From Bacteroidales bacterium (GTDB lineage Bacteria; Bacteroidota; Bacteroidia; Bacteroidales; UBA3824): a stretch of DNA of 64,000 nucleotides. The stretch covers positions 2,582-66,581 of the forward strand of contig JAFPZK010000075.1 in assembly GCA_017417315.1 (NCBI GenBank), in the 5' to 3' direction. Below are positions 48,292 through 57,495 of this stretch, in pieces. The first letter of the stretch is position 1. Every line of letters starts with the position of its first letter. Position numbers and translations under genes: made by a program. The notes under the pieces are model-generated. The model worked only from the letters and a program-made list of their open reading frames with translations. It was not told the origin of the DNA and made no database searches.

Positions 48292-49871
48292 TTTCCGACC
48301 CTTAATTTATAAATTTTATTTCCTCTTGAACCAATAATTGCGCAATTTCCTACAACTACGGGCGAAGATTCAAAGTTGATACCGATTAAACGGCTGAAAA
48401 GTATTTTGCCGGTTTTGCCGTCAAAAAGATAAACGTAACCTTTTGTGTCGCCTGTCAAAACAAACATTTCGCCCGTCTCGTTCAAAAAGCCTACCGGCGA
48501 CGACCAAGAATAACATTTGAGTTTTGTCTTGTATTTCAGAGTGCCGTCCTTCTTGTTAAAAGCGTAAAAATAACCGTTTTGACCGTCATCGTTAGCAACA
48601 TAATCGACGAAAATAAGACTATCACAGTTGCCTTTTCCTAAAAGCGCAGTTGCATAATAGCCACCGTCAAAATGTTTACCGCCGGTTTGAAACTTTTTGG
48701 CGTCTTCGGAATAGTCCCAAACGTTTTCGCCGGTAAGAGCATTAAGTTTTACGAAATGTGATTTTCCTTGTGCGCCTTGACGATCCATTTCACAACCGGA
48801 ATACACGTAAACCGCCGAATCAGTTTCTTCGATGACGGGCGTTGCGTCAGAATCGTCATGATTGTTATAAATCCAAACGGGTTTTAAATTGTTAAGATTA
48901 ATGCAGACGATATTTCCGTGATTGTCAGCAACATAACCGTAATTTCTGTAAACCGCCATCGAAGACTCCATTCCCGGTCCGCCGAAGCCTTTTTTGCGGT
49001 ATTTCATTTGAGAATGAAGAATTTCGACGGTGTCTTGAACCCAATATTTGTAAATCGTTCCATTTTCGCTCGGACGGAAAATAAATTGTCCCACGCGAAT
49101 CGGCGACGAATCCGAAGCATGCCAGCCTCTCCACGCCGACTCTTCTGCCATTTTTGTATTTTTGACGGTGTGTTGAAAAAGGTCTAACGTTATCTGACCG
49201 TAAGGCAGACGAGCCGGAACTCCTTGTCCTACATAGAGTTTGCCGTTCATCAGCGGGTCAAGCGAGATTGTTCCTTTTATCGGATTGTTGACATCAATGG
49301 GTTCGCGGGATTTTTTGCCGGTTTCAAAATTCAAAAAATAAACTTTTGAAGCAAGCGAGCCGAACATTATTTCTTTATTAGAAAAATCGGCAGTCAGTTG
49401 TGCACTATGGCTGTTTTTGAATTTTTCGACCATAGAATCCTGCCAATTAATATAAAGCGGTTGACCTGTCCAACCCGTACCGCCGCCCCAACGTCCGTAT
49501 TTTGTGTCGGTGTTGTCCATATCGGTCGAAAAAGTCCACTCAATGACCACAGTATCAGGCGTTCCGCTTACCGTGCCTGAAAAATCAGCGTTTCTTAGTC
49601 CGTTACCTCTAAAAGTCAAAAAGCCGTCAACTTGGTCTAAAAACGAAGTCAGAGTGTCGATTTCGCCGGAATGTACGGTGTCGAGGATTTTGATTTCGTA
49701 TTCATAATTATTAACGCTGACAAACTGAGTGTCAGGAAGTTGCGGAATAATTTTCTGAACGGTTTCGGAAATAACGGTGTCTTGTTCGGGGATTGTATCC
49801 GCAGGTTGTTGTGTTTTGCCCTGACACGAAAGGCAAAACAATAATGTTGTTATTACAAGAATATTTTTCAT
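48288..49871 (-). CDS. PQQ-like beta-propeller lipoprotein (BamB-family-like)
   Basis: Lipobox LFCLSCQG. Repeated propeller blades with W/G-rich motifs. Confidence 0.65.
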   Translation of the reverse strand: MKNILVITTLLFCLSCQGKTQQPADTIPEQDTVISETVQKIIPQLPDTQFVSVNNYEYEIKILDTVHSGEIDTLTSFLDQVDGFLTFRGNGLRNADFSGTVSGTPDTVVIEWTFSTDMDNTDTKYGRWGGGTGWTGQPLYINWQDSMVEKFKNSHSAQLTADFSNKEIMFGSLASKVYFLNFETGKKSREPIDVNNPIKGTISLDPLMNGKLYVGQGVPARLPYGQITLDLFQHTVKNTKMAEESAWRGWHASDSSPIRVGQFIFRPSENGTIYKYWVQDTVEILHSQMKYRKKGFGGPGMESSMAVYRNYGYVADNHGNIVCINLNNLKPVWIYNNHDDSDATPVIEETDSAVYVYSGCEMDRQGAQGKSHFVKLNALTGENVWDYSEDAKKFQTGGKHFDGGYYATALLGKGNCDSLIFVDYVANDDGQNGYFYAFNKKDGTLKYKTKLKCYSWSSPVGFLNETGEMFVLTGDTKGYVYLFDGKTGKILFSRLIGINFESSPVVVGNCAIIGSRGNKIYKLRVGN

Positions 49872-49945
49872 ATTTTTTATGTATTTTATTGCGGCAAAAA
49901 TAAGTAATTTTTTTTAAATAATCAGGAGTAATTTTTTTGCGATAG

Positions 49946-50040
49946 GGCGGCGGAATTTGATAAAAAAATGCAAATTCCGCCGCGTAATCCGAGATAAGGC
50001 GGCGGAATTTGATAAAAAATGTCAAATTCCGCCGCGTAAT
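49946..50040. repeat. Two tandem 43-bp units (52-bp period), each a GC-rich hairpin/palindrome
   Basis: GGCGGCGGAATTTG-11 nt-CAAATTCCGCCGCGTAAT at 49946-49988 and 49998-50040. Arms match in 13 of 14 positions. Confidence 0.85.
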
Positions 50041-50064
50041 ATTGCATTTTTCAAGAAAATGTTG

Positions 50065-50072
50065 TAATTTTG
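50065..50072 (+). promoter_or_regulatory. -7 box TAATTTTG
   Basis: 26 nt upstream of ATG 50099. Confidence 0.45.
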
Positions 50073-50098
50073 CTGTCAGAACTAAAACTTTTTGTGTT

Positions 50099-51520
50099 AT
50101 GGATATTGTAGGACGCAAAGACGAAATTAAGCAGTTAAAAGAGTATTATGACTCAAACCGCCCCGAATTTATAGCGGTTTACGGACGGCGCAGAATCGGT
50201 AAGACGTTTCTGATTGACGAGTTTTTTTTCCGTAAATACGCTTTTAATATCAGCGGTGTCATTGACGGTGAAAAGTCGGAACAAATGGCGGCTTTTATGC
50301 AAGGTCTGCGCAATATCGGCTACGAACAAAGTACGCCCAAAACGTGGATGGACGCTTTTTTTGAACTCGGAAAACTGCTCGAACAAAAAATCGAAAAAAA
50401 CAAACGTTGCGTTATTTTCATCGACGAACTGCCGTGTTTCGATACTCCTAAATCGGGTTTTATCAGAGCGTTAGGGCATTTTTGGAATACTTGGGCGCAA
50501 AAACGTCCGCAGGTAATGCTCGTTGTCTGCGGTAGCGCAACTTCATGGATGGTCAACAACCTGATTGACAATCACGGCGGACTTCATAACCGCATAACAC
50601 ACGAAATTCACCTCGCGCCGTTCACGCTAAACGAAACCGAGCAATTTTTAAAAGTCAAAAAAATTGTTTTAGACAGACTGTCAATCGTACAATTATATAT
50701 GGCATTCGGCGGCGTACCATATTATTTAGATATGATAAAGGCAGGCGAAAGTGCTGCAAAAGCCATTGACAGAATTTTCTTTTCCGCAAAAGGCGCATTA
50801 GCCGGTGAATATGAGCGACTTTTTGCTTCATTATTCCGCGATCCCGCACCGTATTTAAAAATTATCGAAGTACTTTCAAAATGTCGTCAAGGTGTAACCC
50901 GCGAACAGATAATCAGCATATTAGGTAAACACGACAACGGTCATATTTCGGAATATCTCGGCAATTTGATAAAATGCGATTTTGTGCGGTATTATTTCGT
51001 CAAGACAAAAAAAGTGAAAAAAACTGACGGATTGTATCAACTGACAGATTTTTTCGTGATTTTTCACAACACGTTTTTGAACAAACCCGTCAATGACGAG
51101 CATTTTTGGAGCAACAATCAGTTGTCGTCAATGACAAAAACTTGGTACGGTCTTGCTTTTGAGCGTGTTTGTATGGCGCACATCAATCAAATAAAACACG
51201 CCCTCGGAATCGACAGAATAGGAACGCAGTTTTATTCTTGGCGCAGCAAAAGCAGTCAGCAAGGCTCACAAATTGATCTTTTGATTGAACGTGCCGACCG
51301 TGTAATCAATCTTTGCGAAATAAAATACAGCGACAGCGAATACCGTTTCACAAAAGATGAAGACATCAAATTGCGTAACCGTCAGGCGGATTTCATAGCC
51401 GAAACCGGTACTAATTTTGCCGTACACCCCACAATTATAACTACTTACGGTCTGCGACAAAATACGTATTCCGGCGGAATTGTAGCGCAGGTAACTTTGG
51501 ACGATTTGTTTGAAAAGTGA
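50099..51520 (+). CDS. AAA+ ATPase (archaeal-ATPase/DUF234-like)
   Basis: MDIVGRKDEIKQLKEY...VYGRRRIGKTFL Walker A, VIFIDELP Walker B, C-terminal DUF234-like region. Confidence 0.75.
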   Translation: MDIVGRKDEIKQLKEYYDSNRPEFIAVYGRRRIGKTFLIDEFFFRKYAFNISGVIDGEKSEQMAAFMQGLRNIGYEQSTPKTWMDAFFELGKLLEQKIEKNKRCVIFIDELPCFDTPKSGFIRALGHFWNTWAQKRPQVMLVVCGSATSWMVNNLIDNHGGLHNRITHEIHLAPFTLNETEQFLKVKKIVLDRLSIVQLYMAFGGVPYYLDMIKAGESAAKAIDRIFFSAKGALAGEYERLFASLFRDPAPYLKIIEVLSKCRQGVTREQIISILGKHDNGHISEYLGNLIKCDFVRYYFVKTKKVKKTDGLYQLTDFFVIFHNTFLNKPVNDEHFWSNNQLSSMTKTWYGLAFERVCMAHINQIKHALGIDRIGTQFYSWRSKSSQQGSQIDLLIERADRVINLCEIKYSDSEYRFTKDEDIKLRNRQADFIAETGTNFAVHPTIITTYGLRQNTYSGGIVAQVTLDDLFEK

Positions 51521-51639
51521 AAACAATTGATTCTGAAACGTAAAAATATTTAACCCAAAAAACACATAAAAAATTTCTCTGCGACAATTTTTTTTATTAA
51601 AATTGCAAAATTTTTTTCTAACTCTAAATAATTGATGTC

Positions 51640-53136
51640 ATGGCACATATAATTAACGAAATTTCAAGGACTTTCAACGAATATCTTTTGATTCCGGGCT
51701 TGACGACTAAGGACTGCACACCGCAAAATGTGTCCCTTAAAACGCCGCTCGTAAAATTCAAAAAAGGCGAAACCCCGTCAATAACCCTTAACGCACCGTT
51801 TACTTCGGCAATTATGCAGTCAGTTTCTGACTCTAATATGGCGATTGCTCTTGCTAAAAACGGCGGAATTTCTTTTGTTTTCGGCTCGCAAACAATTGAA
51901 AATCAAGCCGAAATGGTAAGAAAAGTTAAGAAATACAAAGCCGGCTTCGTTGTCAGCGACGCTAATTTAACGCCCGAAAACACGCTCAAAGACGTTATCG
52001 CGCTGAAACAAAAAACCGGTTACAGCACTATTGGAATCACCGCTGACGGTACTTCAAACGGTAAACTCTTAGGTCTTGTAACTTCCCGCGACTATCGTCC
52101 GAGCAAAGATTCTATGGACAAAAAAGTCAAAGATTTTATGACCCCGTTTGACAAACTCGTCGTTGCAAAATATCCGCTTGACTTAAACGAGGCTAACGAC
52201 ATCATTTGGTCGAATAAAATTAACGCTTTGCCGATTATCGACGACAATCAAAACCTTAAATTTTTCGTTTTCCGCAAAGATTACGACTCACACAAAACCA
52301 ATCCGTTAGAACTTCTTGACAAAGATAAATCTCTGCTTGTCGGCGCAGGAATCAACACCCGCGATTACAAGGAAAGAATCCCGAAATTGGTAGAAGCGGG
52401 AGTTGACGTTGTTTGTATGGACTCTTCAGATGGTTTTTCTGAATGGCAGAAAGAAACTCTTCAATGGGTTCGCGAAAATTACGGTGATAAACTCAAAATC
52501 GGTGCAGGCAATGTTGTTGATGCAGAAGGCTTTAACTATTTGGCTGAGGCAGGTGCAGACTTTATAAAAGTCGGAATCGGCGGCGGTTCAATCTGTATAA
52601 CCCGCGAGCAGAAAGGTATCGGTCGCGGTCAGGCTACGGCTATAATTGATGTTGCAAAGGCAAGGGACGAATATTTCCAAAAAACGGGCGTTTATATTCC
52701 GATTTGTTCTGACGGTGGTTTGGTTCAGGATTATCACATGGTTTTGGCTTTGGCGATGGGTGCTGATTTCTTGATGATGGGACGTTACTTCGCACGTTTC
52801 GACGAAAGTCCGACAAAGAAAATCATGATTAACGGTTCGTACATGAAAGAGTATTGGGGCGAAGGTTCAAACCGCGCCCGCAACTGGCAACGTTACGATA
52901 TGGGCGGCGAGGCTACGATGAAATTTGAAGAAGGCGTTGATTCGTATGTTCCGTATGCCGGCAAACTCAAAGACAACCTCAACATCACAATCGACAAAAT
53001 AAAATCGACGATGTGTTCTTGCGGTGTTACGAGCATTCCTGATTTGCAGAAAAACGCTAAAATCACTCTGGTTTCCTCAACTTCAATCGTTGAAGGCGGA
53101 GCGCATGACGTTGTTTTGAAAGAACAGAAAGCGTAA
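51640..53136 (+). CDS. guaB: IMP dehydrogenase
   Basis: 498 aa. CBS pair inserted in a TIM barrel. Catalytic loop [13 protein letters not shown]. Confidence 0.9.
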   Translation: MAHIINEISRTFNEYLLIPGLTTKDCTPQNVSLKTPLVKFKKGETPSITLNAPFTSAIMQSVSDSNMAIALAKNGGISFVFGSQTIENQAEMVRKVKKYKAGFVVSDANLTPENTLKDVIALKQKTGYSTIGITADGTSNGKLLGLVTSRDYRPSKDSMDKKVKDFMTPFDKLVVAKYPLDLNEANDIIWSNKINALPIIDDNQNLKFFVFRKDYDSHKTNPLELLDKDKSLLVGAGINTRDYKERIPKLVEAGVDVVCMDSSDGFSEWQKETLQWVRENYGDKLKIGAGNVVDAEGFNYLAEAGADFIKVGIGGGSICITREQKGIGRGQATAIIDVAKARDEYFQKTGVYIPICSDGGLVQDYHMVLALAMGADFLMMGRYFARFDESPTKKIMINGSYMKEYWGEGSNRARNWQRYDMGGEATMKFEEGVDSYVPYAGKLKDNLNITIDKIKSTMCSCGVTSIPDLQKNAKITLVSSTSIVEGGAHDVVLKEQKA

Positions 53137-53139
53137 AAA

Positions 53140-54042
53140 ATGTGGTTATATTTTATAATCCTTTCGGCAGTTTTTTTAGGCGTTTACGATATTTGCAAAA
53201 AAACGTCGCTTAAAAAAAATGCCGTTTTGGTAGTAATGTTTCTCTCATCGTCGGTATCGTTAATGATGATGATGCCGGCGTTGTTGGATTCAGTTTTTTC
53301 TTTCGGCTGGTTCGACGGTACGGTTTTCAAAGTGCCGCAAACGTGTTGGAAAGACCAGTTTTATATTATCATTAAAGCGTTTATTGTTCAGGCTTCGTGG
53401 CTGTGCAATTTTTACGCAATGAAACACCTTCCTATTTCAATTGTAGGGCCAGTCAGAAGTTCTGCTCCGGCGTGGACACTTCTTGGCGCAGTGTTGATTT
53501 TAGGGGAAAGACTATCTCTGAATCAATGGATTGGCGCGGTCATAATCCTTTCGTGTTTGTTGTTCTACGCTAACTACGGCAAAAAAGAAGGCATCGAAAT
53601 AAAACACAACAAAAAAGTCTTTCTGCTTATACTCGGCACGTTAATAGGTTCTGCGTCAGCACTTTATGATAAAGTAATTTTGAGAACCCTGCAAATTGAC
53701 AGAATGGAAGTTCAAGCATGGTTTTCTGTTTATCAGTTTTTGTTAGCGTTTTTGATGATGATGATTTTTTGGTATCCTCACAAAGAAAAAACGGACAAAT
53801 TCGAGTTCAGATTTCCTATTTTGCTGATTGGTTTTTTCTTAACGATTGCAGATTTTCTGTACTATTATGGTTTGAGTATGGACGGTGCGTTAATCGGACT
53901 TGTCTCCTTAATCCGCAGAAGTAACGTAATAATTTCGTTCACGGCGGGAGCATTGCTTTTCCACGAAAAAAACATCAAACAAAAAGCGTTTATTTTAGCA
54001 GGAATACTTTTAGGCGTGGCGGTTTTGTGCTTATTCAAATAA
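53140..54042 (+). CDS. EamA/DMT-family transporter
   Basis: 300 aa, about 10 TM helices, two EamA-like halves. Confidence 0.8.
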   Translation: MWLYFIILSAVFLGVYDICKKTSLKKNAVLVVMFLSSSVSLMMMMPALLDSVFSFGWFDGTVFKVPQTCWKDQFYIIIKAFIVQASWLCNFYAMKHLPISIVGPVRSSAPAWTLLGAVLILGERLSLNQWIGAVIILSCLLFYANYGKKEGIEIKHNKKVFLLILGTLIGSASALYDKVILRTLQIDRMEVQAWFSVYQFLLAFLMMMIFWYPHKEKTDKFEFRFPILLIGFFLTIADFLYYYGLSMDGALIGLVSLIRRSNVIISFTAGALLFHEKNIKQKAFILAGILLGVAVLCLFK

Positions 54043-55314
54043 GCACTTTTCTTCCGCCGTCATTTTCTGAGCGTAAGTATAAAAATTTTCGCAGTCATGT
54101 TTTACATTTACGCCGATGATATGGATAGTACCGCCAACACCATTTAACGTTTTCGGCTTCAACGTTGCACCTTCAAGTGGGACGATGAAGCCGCCAACGT
54201 TATAATCCAAAATGTGCATATAGGTTATAACTTGATATAAATCAGCAGTTTGAACATTTTTCCATTCCAAATACCATTTATATTTTGCGTCAAGAACTAT
54301 TTTTTCGTCCTCATTATAAAAGTCAGGATAACAATAGCCTGAATTATCCGTAAATAAATGTTTACGTCCTTTCCCCGTCTTATTTTCAGGATGCTTGAAT
54401 CCCAACGGCTTCAACACCGTGTTGAGATACTCCTCCCACAGCCACGCACCGTCAAACAATATTCCGTAAACCTGATCCTTTTCCTGTCCGAATTTTAGAT
54501 TCTCATGCCTTAAAACTTTTAAGCACAGACTTTGCAACGCCGTATATTCCCAAAAATAAGGATGACGGACGAGACGAAGATTTTGGCTTATAATCCTCTG
54601 ACGTTCAAAAACATTGTAACTCTGTGTGGCGGCAATTATTTGCGAAACGCCTGACTTGGTTTCTTGGTCGTTGTTCAGAATACAACTGCCCGCAGGCTTG
54701 GTCTTGATATATTCGATGGTATGACGAACAAGTTGCGTGAGATGATTGTCATAACTATGCTGACGAGTATTGTAAGCCACCGTCCCGCAGAAAGGAATGT
54801 TCTGACGGATATGACGGCTGACATCAATCACGCCCCTAAGATTCGCATCATTATGCTCAAAACGTTGGTACTTTTTGAATAATCCCTGCGCCAACGCCTT
54901 CTTCAAAAAATACGGAAACAAATACAGCAAAAACTCAAAAATCTGTTCTTGGTTGGACGTGTGCTTTATGTCAAACAGATTGATAGCGAACACTTTCTGC
55001 AACATATAATGCAGGAAATAATCCCTGCCGTCGTCCTTGGCAAACCTCGACCTGATGTCCAACTGCGTTTCGTTGACACCCACAAAACCCATAATATTCC
55101 CCGTCGAAATCTTGTCGCCGTCGAGGGAAATGATTGATTGTTCGCTTATCTTGTCGCCATACTGATTCAAATCACGCGGAAAAACGAGCAAGTTTGGGTT
55201 GTCGTCCAACTTCAAATTCTTGATTTTGACGTCGGCGATTTTTTTGAGGTTCTGTAAGTCAGTCTCGGAATTAATTTGCTTGTTGCTGTTATCCGTTGTT
55301 GTTATCTGACTCAT
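54031..55314 (-). CDS. mcrC: McrC-like nuclease subunit of a type IV restriction system
   Basis: 427 aa. C-terminal PD-(D/E)xK-like PDFY...VLDAKYK. Overlaps mcrB by 26 nt. Confidence 0.75.
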   Translation of the reverse strand: MSQITTTDNSNKQINSETDLQNLKKIADVKIKNLKLDDNPNLLVFPRDLNQYGDKISEQSIISLDGDKISTGNIMGFVGVNETQLDIRSRFAKDDGRDYFLHYMLQKVFAINLFDIKHTSNQEQIFEFLLYLFPYFLKKALAQGLFKKYQRFEHNDANLRGVIDVSRHIRQNIPFCGTVAYNTRQHSYDNHLTQLVRHTIEYIKTKPAGSCILNNDQETKSGVSQIIAATQSYNVFERQRIISQNLRLVRHPYFWEYTALQSLCLKVLRHENLKFGQEKDQVYGILFDGAWLWEEYLNTVLKPLGFKHPENKTGKGRKHLFTDNSGYCYPDFYNEDEKIVLDAKYKWYLEWKNVQTADLYQVITYMHILDYNVGGFIVPLEGATLKPKTLNGVGGTIHIIGVNVKHDCENFYTYAQKMTAEEKCLFE

Positions 55315-56845
55315 TGTCGTATGCCTTTTTTAGTTCTGCGATTTTGGTTTCAACGTCCGACATTCCGCGCAAGTATTCGCGCAAAAGTCCTTCGAGATGA
55401 TAATTCCAAAGGTCGTCAAAACTATTGTACAGTTCATATTTCTTGAAATACGCCGCGCCAATCTGATAAGCCTTGCCAAGCCCCTCAACTTTTAGAATTT
55501 GGGCGTTGAGGTTTCTCATACGTTTTTTGAGAATGTCGGCATTTGGCAATCCATCAAGCATTTGCATCGAATCCTCCGCCGTAACTTCCTTCCAAGCAAA
55601 ACGCCTCCGCATTGCGAAATCCATACTCTCAACACTACGGTCGATGTCGTTCATTGTGCCGATGATATAGACGTTTTCGGGGACGAAAAAACCTTTCTTA
55701 AACGTGTCGCCATCCTCGATAATATTCTGATACTGAGTTTGTACAATACCTGCCTTGCCCCGATAGCCCGGGTCAATCGAGAAAAACAACTCACCAAAGA
55801 TTTTCGAAATCTCGCCACGGTTGATTTCATCGATGATAAAGACGAAAGGCTTATTAAGATTGTTTAGAGCAGTAGCGCAAAATCTTTTAAACACTCCGTC
55901 TTTACGTTCAAAGCCGACATTACCATTATCATCTTGCATTGGTCGCAATCCTTCTACGAAGTCCGAATAATCATACGACGGGTGAAATTGAACAAAACCA
56001 ATTTCATTGTCAGTGCAGCCCATCGATTTTGCAATCTCTTTTGCAAGATAGGTCTTTCCTGTGCCGGGTGCGCCGGTGAGGATGAGGTTGTGGGTCTTTT
56101 CGAGAAGAGTTTTATATTTTTGATAGTTTGTTGACATAGTTTTATATTTTGAGAGTTCGTGAGGAAAATGCTCTAAAAGTTCCCAACAAATATCTTGTGC
56201 AAGTAACAAATCGCTTTGCAATAAACCGTTAATTGGACTATTGATAATAATAGAATGAAGTTCACTATCTTTTTTTATCAATTGAACTAACGGTTCTATC
56301 AATGAAAGATAATGTTGATATTTTTTACCAGTTTTTTCAGGAAGTATTCTTAAATAATCACAAAGTTTTTGATACACCTTGTCTTTGTAAAGTGTATATT
56401 TTTGTGGCTTAAAACACGTGAGAATAGTTGCGGCAGTACGTTCATCATTTGCTTTACTTTTAAAATTAGTACCTTGTAACATTTCTGACATAGATACTTT
56501 GAATCCCATCAATCTGTCGTTCAGCGGATACGATTCGTTAATCAAATTATTGAGAACACTTTCTAATTCTTTTGCTTTATTATTTGCGAGATATTTTAAT
56601 ACAGCATTGTCATGTATTGCATCAATTAGATTCACAAAACCACCTTTTTCCGCTTTTGTTGGATTGCTATTATGCGTACAAACTATTTCAAAAGGGGTTT
56701 TGTTTTGACAAACGGTTATCAGTTGCCATTTATAAATTTCGTATGCGTTCTTATCGTCAAATGCAACCGTCTGACGATGTTTTTTATATGCTTCAAGTAA
56801 TTTTTTGTATAATTCGTTCATTTTAATCATAGATATAATTTTCAC
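55289..56845 (-). CDS. mcrB: McrB-like AAA+ GTPase subunit with an unassigned N-terminal domain of about 230 aa
   Basis: LILTGAPGTGKTY, FVFIIDEINRGEISKIFGE, IIGTMNDIDRS and RRRF motifs. Confidence 0.85.
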   Translation of the reverse strand: MKIISMIKMNELYKKLLEAYKKHRQTVAFDDKNAYEIYKWQLITVCQNKTPFEIVCTHNSNPTKAEKGGFVNLIDAIHDNAVLKYLANNKAKELESVLNNLINESYPLNDRLMGFKVSMSEMLQGTNFKSKANDERTAATILTCFKPQKYTLYKDKVYQKLCDYLRILPEKTGKKYQHYLSLIEPLVQLIKKDSELHSIIINSPINGLLQSDLLLAQDICWELLEHFPHELSKYKTMSTNYQKYKTLLEKTHNLILTGAPGTGKTYLAKEIAKSMGCTDNEIGFVQFHPSYDYSDFVEGLRPMQDDNGNVGFERKDGVFKRFCATALNNLNKPFVFIIDEINRGEISKIFGELFFSIDPGYRGKAGIVQTQYQNIIEDGDTFKKGFFVPENVYIIGTMNDIDRSVESMDFAMRRRFAWKEVTAEDSMQMLDGLPNADILKKRMRNLNAQILKVEGLGKAYQIGAAYFKKYELYNSFDDLWNYHLEGLLREYLRGMSDVETKIAELKKAYDNESDNNNG

Positions 56846-56902
56846 ACCACCTCGCCGTACTCAAAAATCGCATCGCTCGGCAAATCTACAAGGTCGTTCC
56901 AA

Positions 56903-57397
56903 TTACACCAACTCCTCACTCCATCCGTGTCCCAAATCCCAATGGATGTCGATTACAAAAACAAAATCTTCGGGAAGATTGAATTCATCTTCAATAAGAT
57001 AGCGGAAACTTGTCACGTCGGGCAAATCCTCAACCCAATGACCTAGATAAACTTGATACTTGCCGGAGGCTTCGTCCAAAAAGATTCTGCCGCGTGGTAT
57101 CATTGTATAGTTGTGTTCTTTATAAAAAATTGACTCTCTGTTATTTTCTCTTACGGCACGATGATGCTGTTTCTGCCAATATGTCTTGTGCAACTTCCCG
57201 ATAGTGGCCTTGCCGTTGATAAACGGTGTCTTGTCGGAATCAATTTTTTCTATTCCGAAAAGGCTTTGCGTTTTGGTGTCGTACCAAAAAATGCCTACCT
57301 GAGGATTACCGCTGTCCATAAAGCCTATCATTGCAGAGCAAATGTCTTTGTGCTCTTGCTCGTCAGTGTGATTAAAACCGTTGTTGTCTATGGTCAT
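56903..57397 (-). CDS. Hypothetical 164-aa protein directly upstream of mcrB
   Basis: Long ORF on the same strand, with a 57-nt gap to mcrB and TATTTTTG boxes upstream. I recognise no family. Confidence 0.5.
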   Translation of the reverse strand: MTIDNNGFNHTDEQEHKDICSAMIGFMDSGNPQVGIFWYDTKTQSLFGIEKIDSDKTPFINGKATIGKLHKTYWQKQHHRAVRENNRESIFYKEHNYTMIPRGRIFLDEASGKYQVYLGHWVEDLPDVTSFRYLIEDEFNLPEDFVFVIDIHWDLGHGWSEELV

Positions 57398-57466
57398 TGT
57401 CTTTTACGCCTTAATTATTCTATCCGCAAAAATACAAAAATATTTTTAATTTCAACAAAAAAACAT

Positions 57467-57474
57467 TACATTTG
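57467..57474 (+). promoter_or_regulatory. -7 box TACATTTG
   Basis: 21 nt upstream of ATG 57496. The track start at 57472 is a TTG inside the box. Confidence 0.45.
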
Positions 57475-57495
57475 CGCAAACAAATCAACAAGGCT

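Noticed and set aside
50009-50098. 30-codon N-terminal extension of the AAA+ ATPase ORF
   Set aside because: It starts inside the second hairpin repeat and spans the -7 box at 50065. The family begins at MDIVGRKDEIKQL (ATG 50099).
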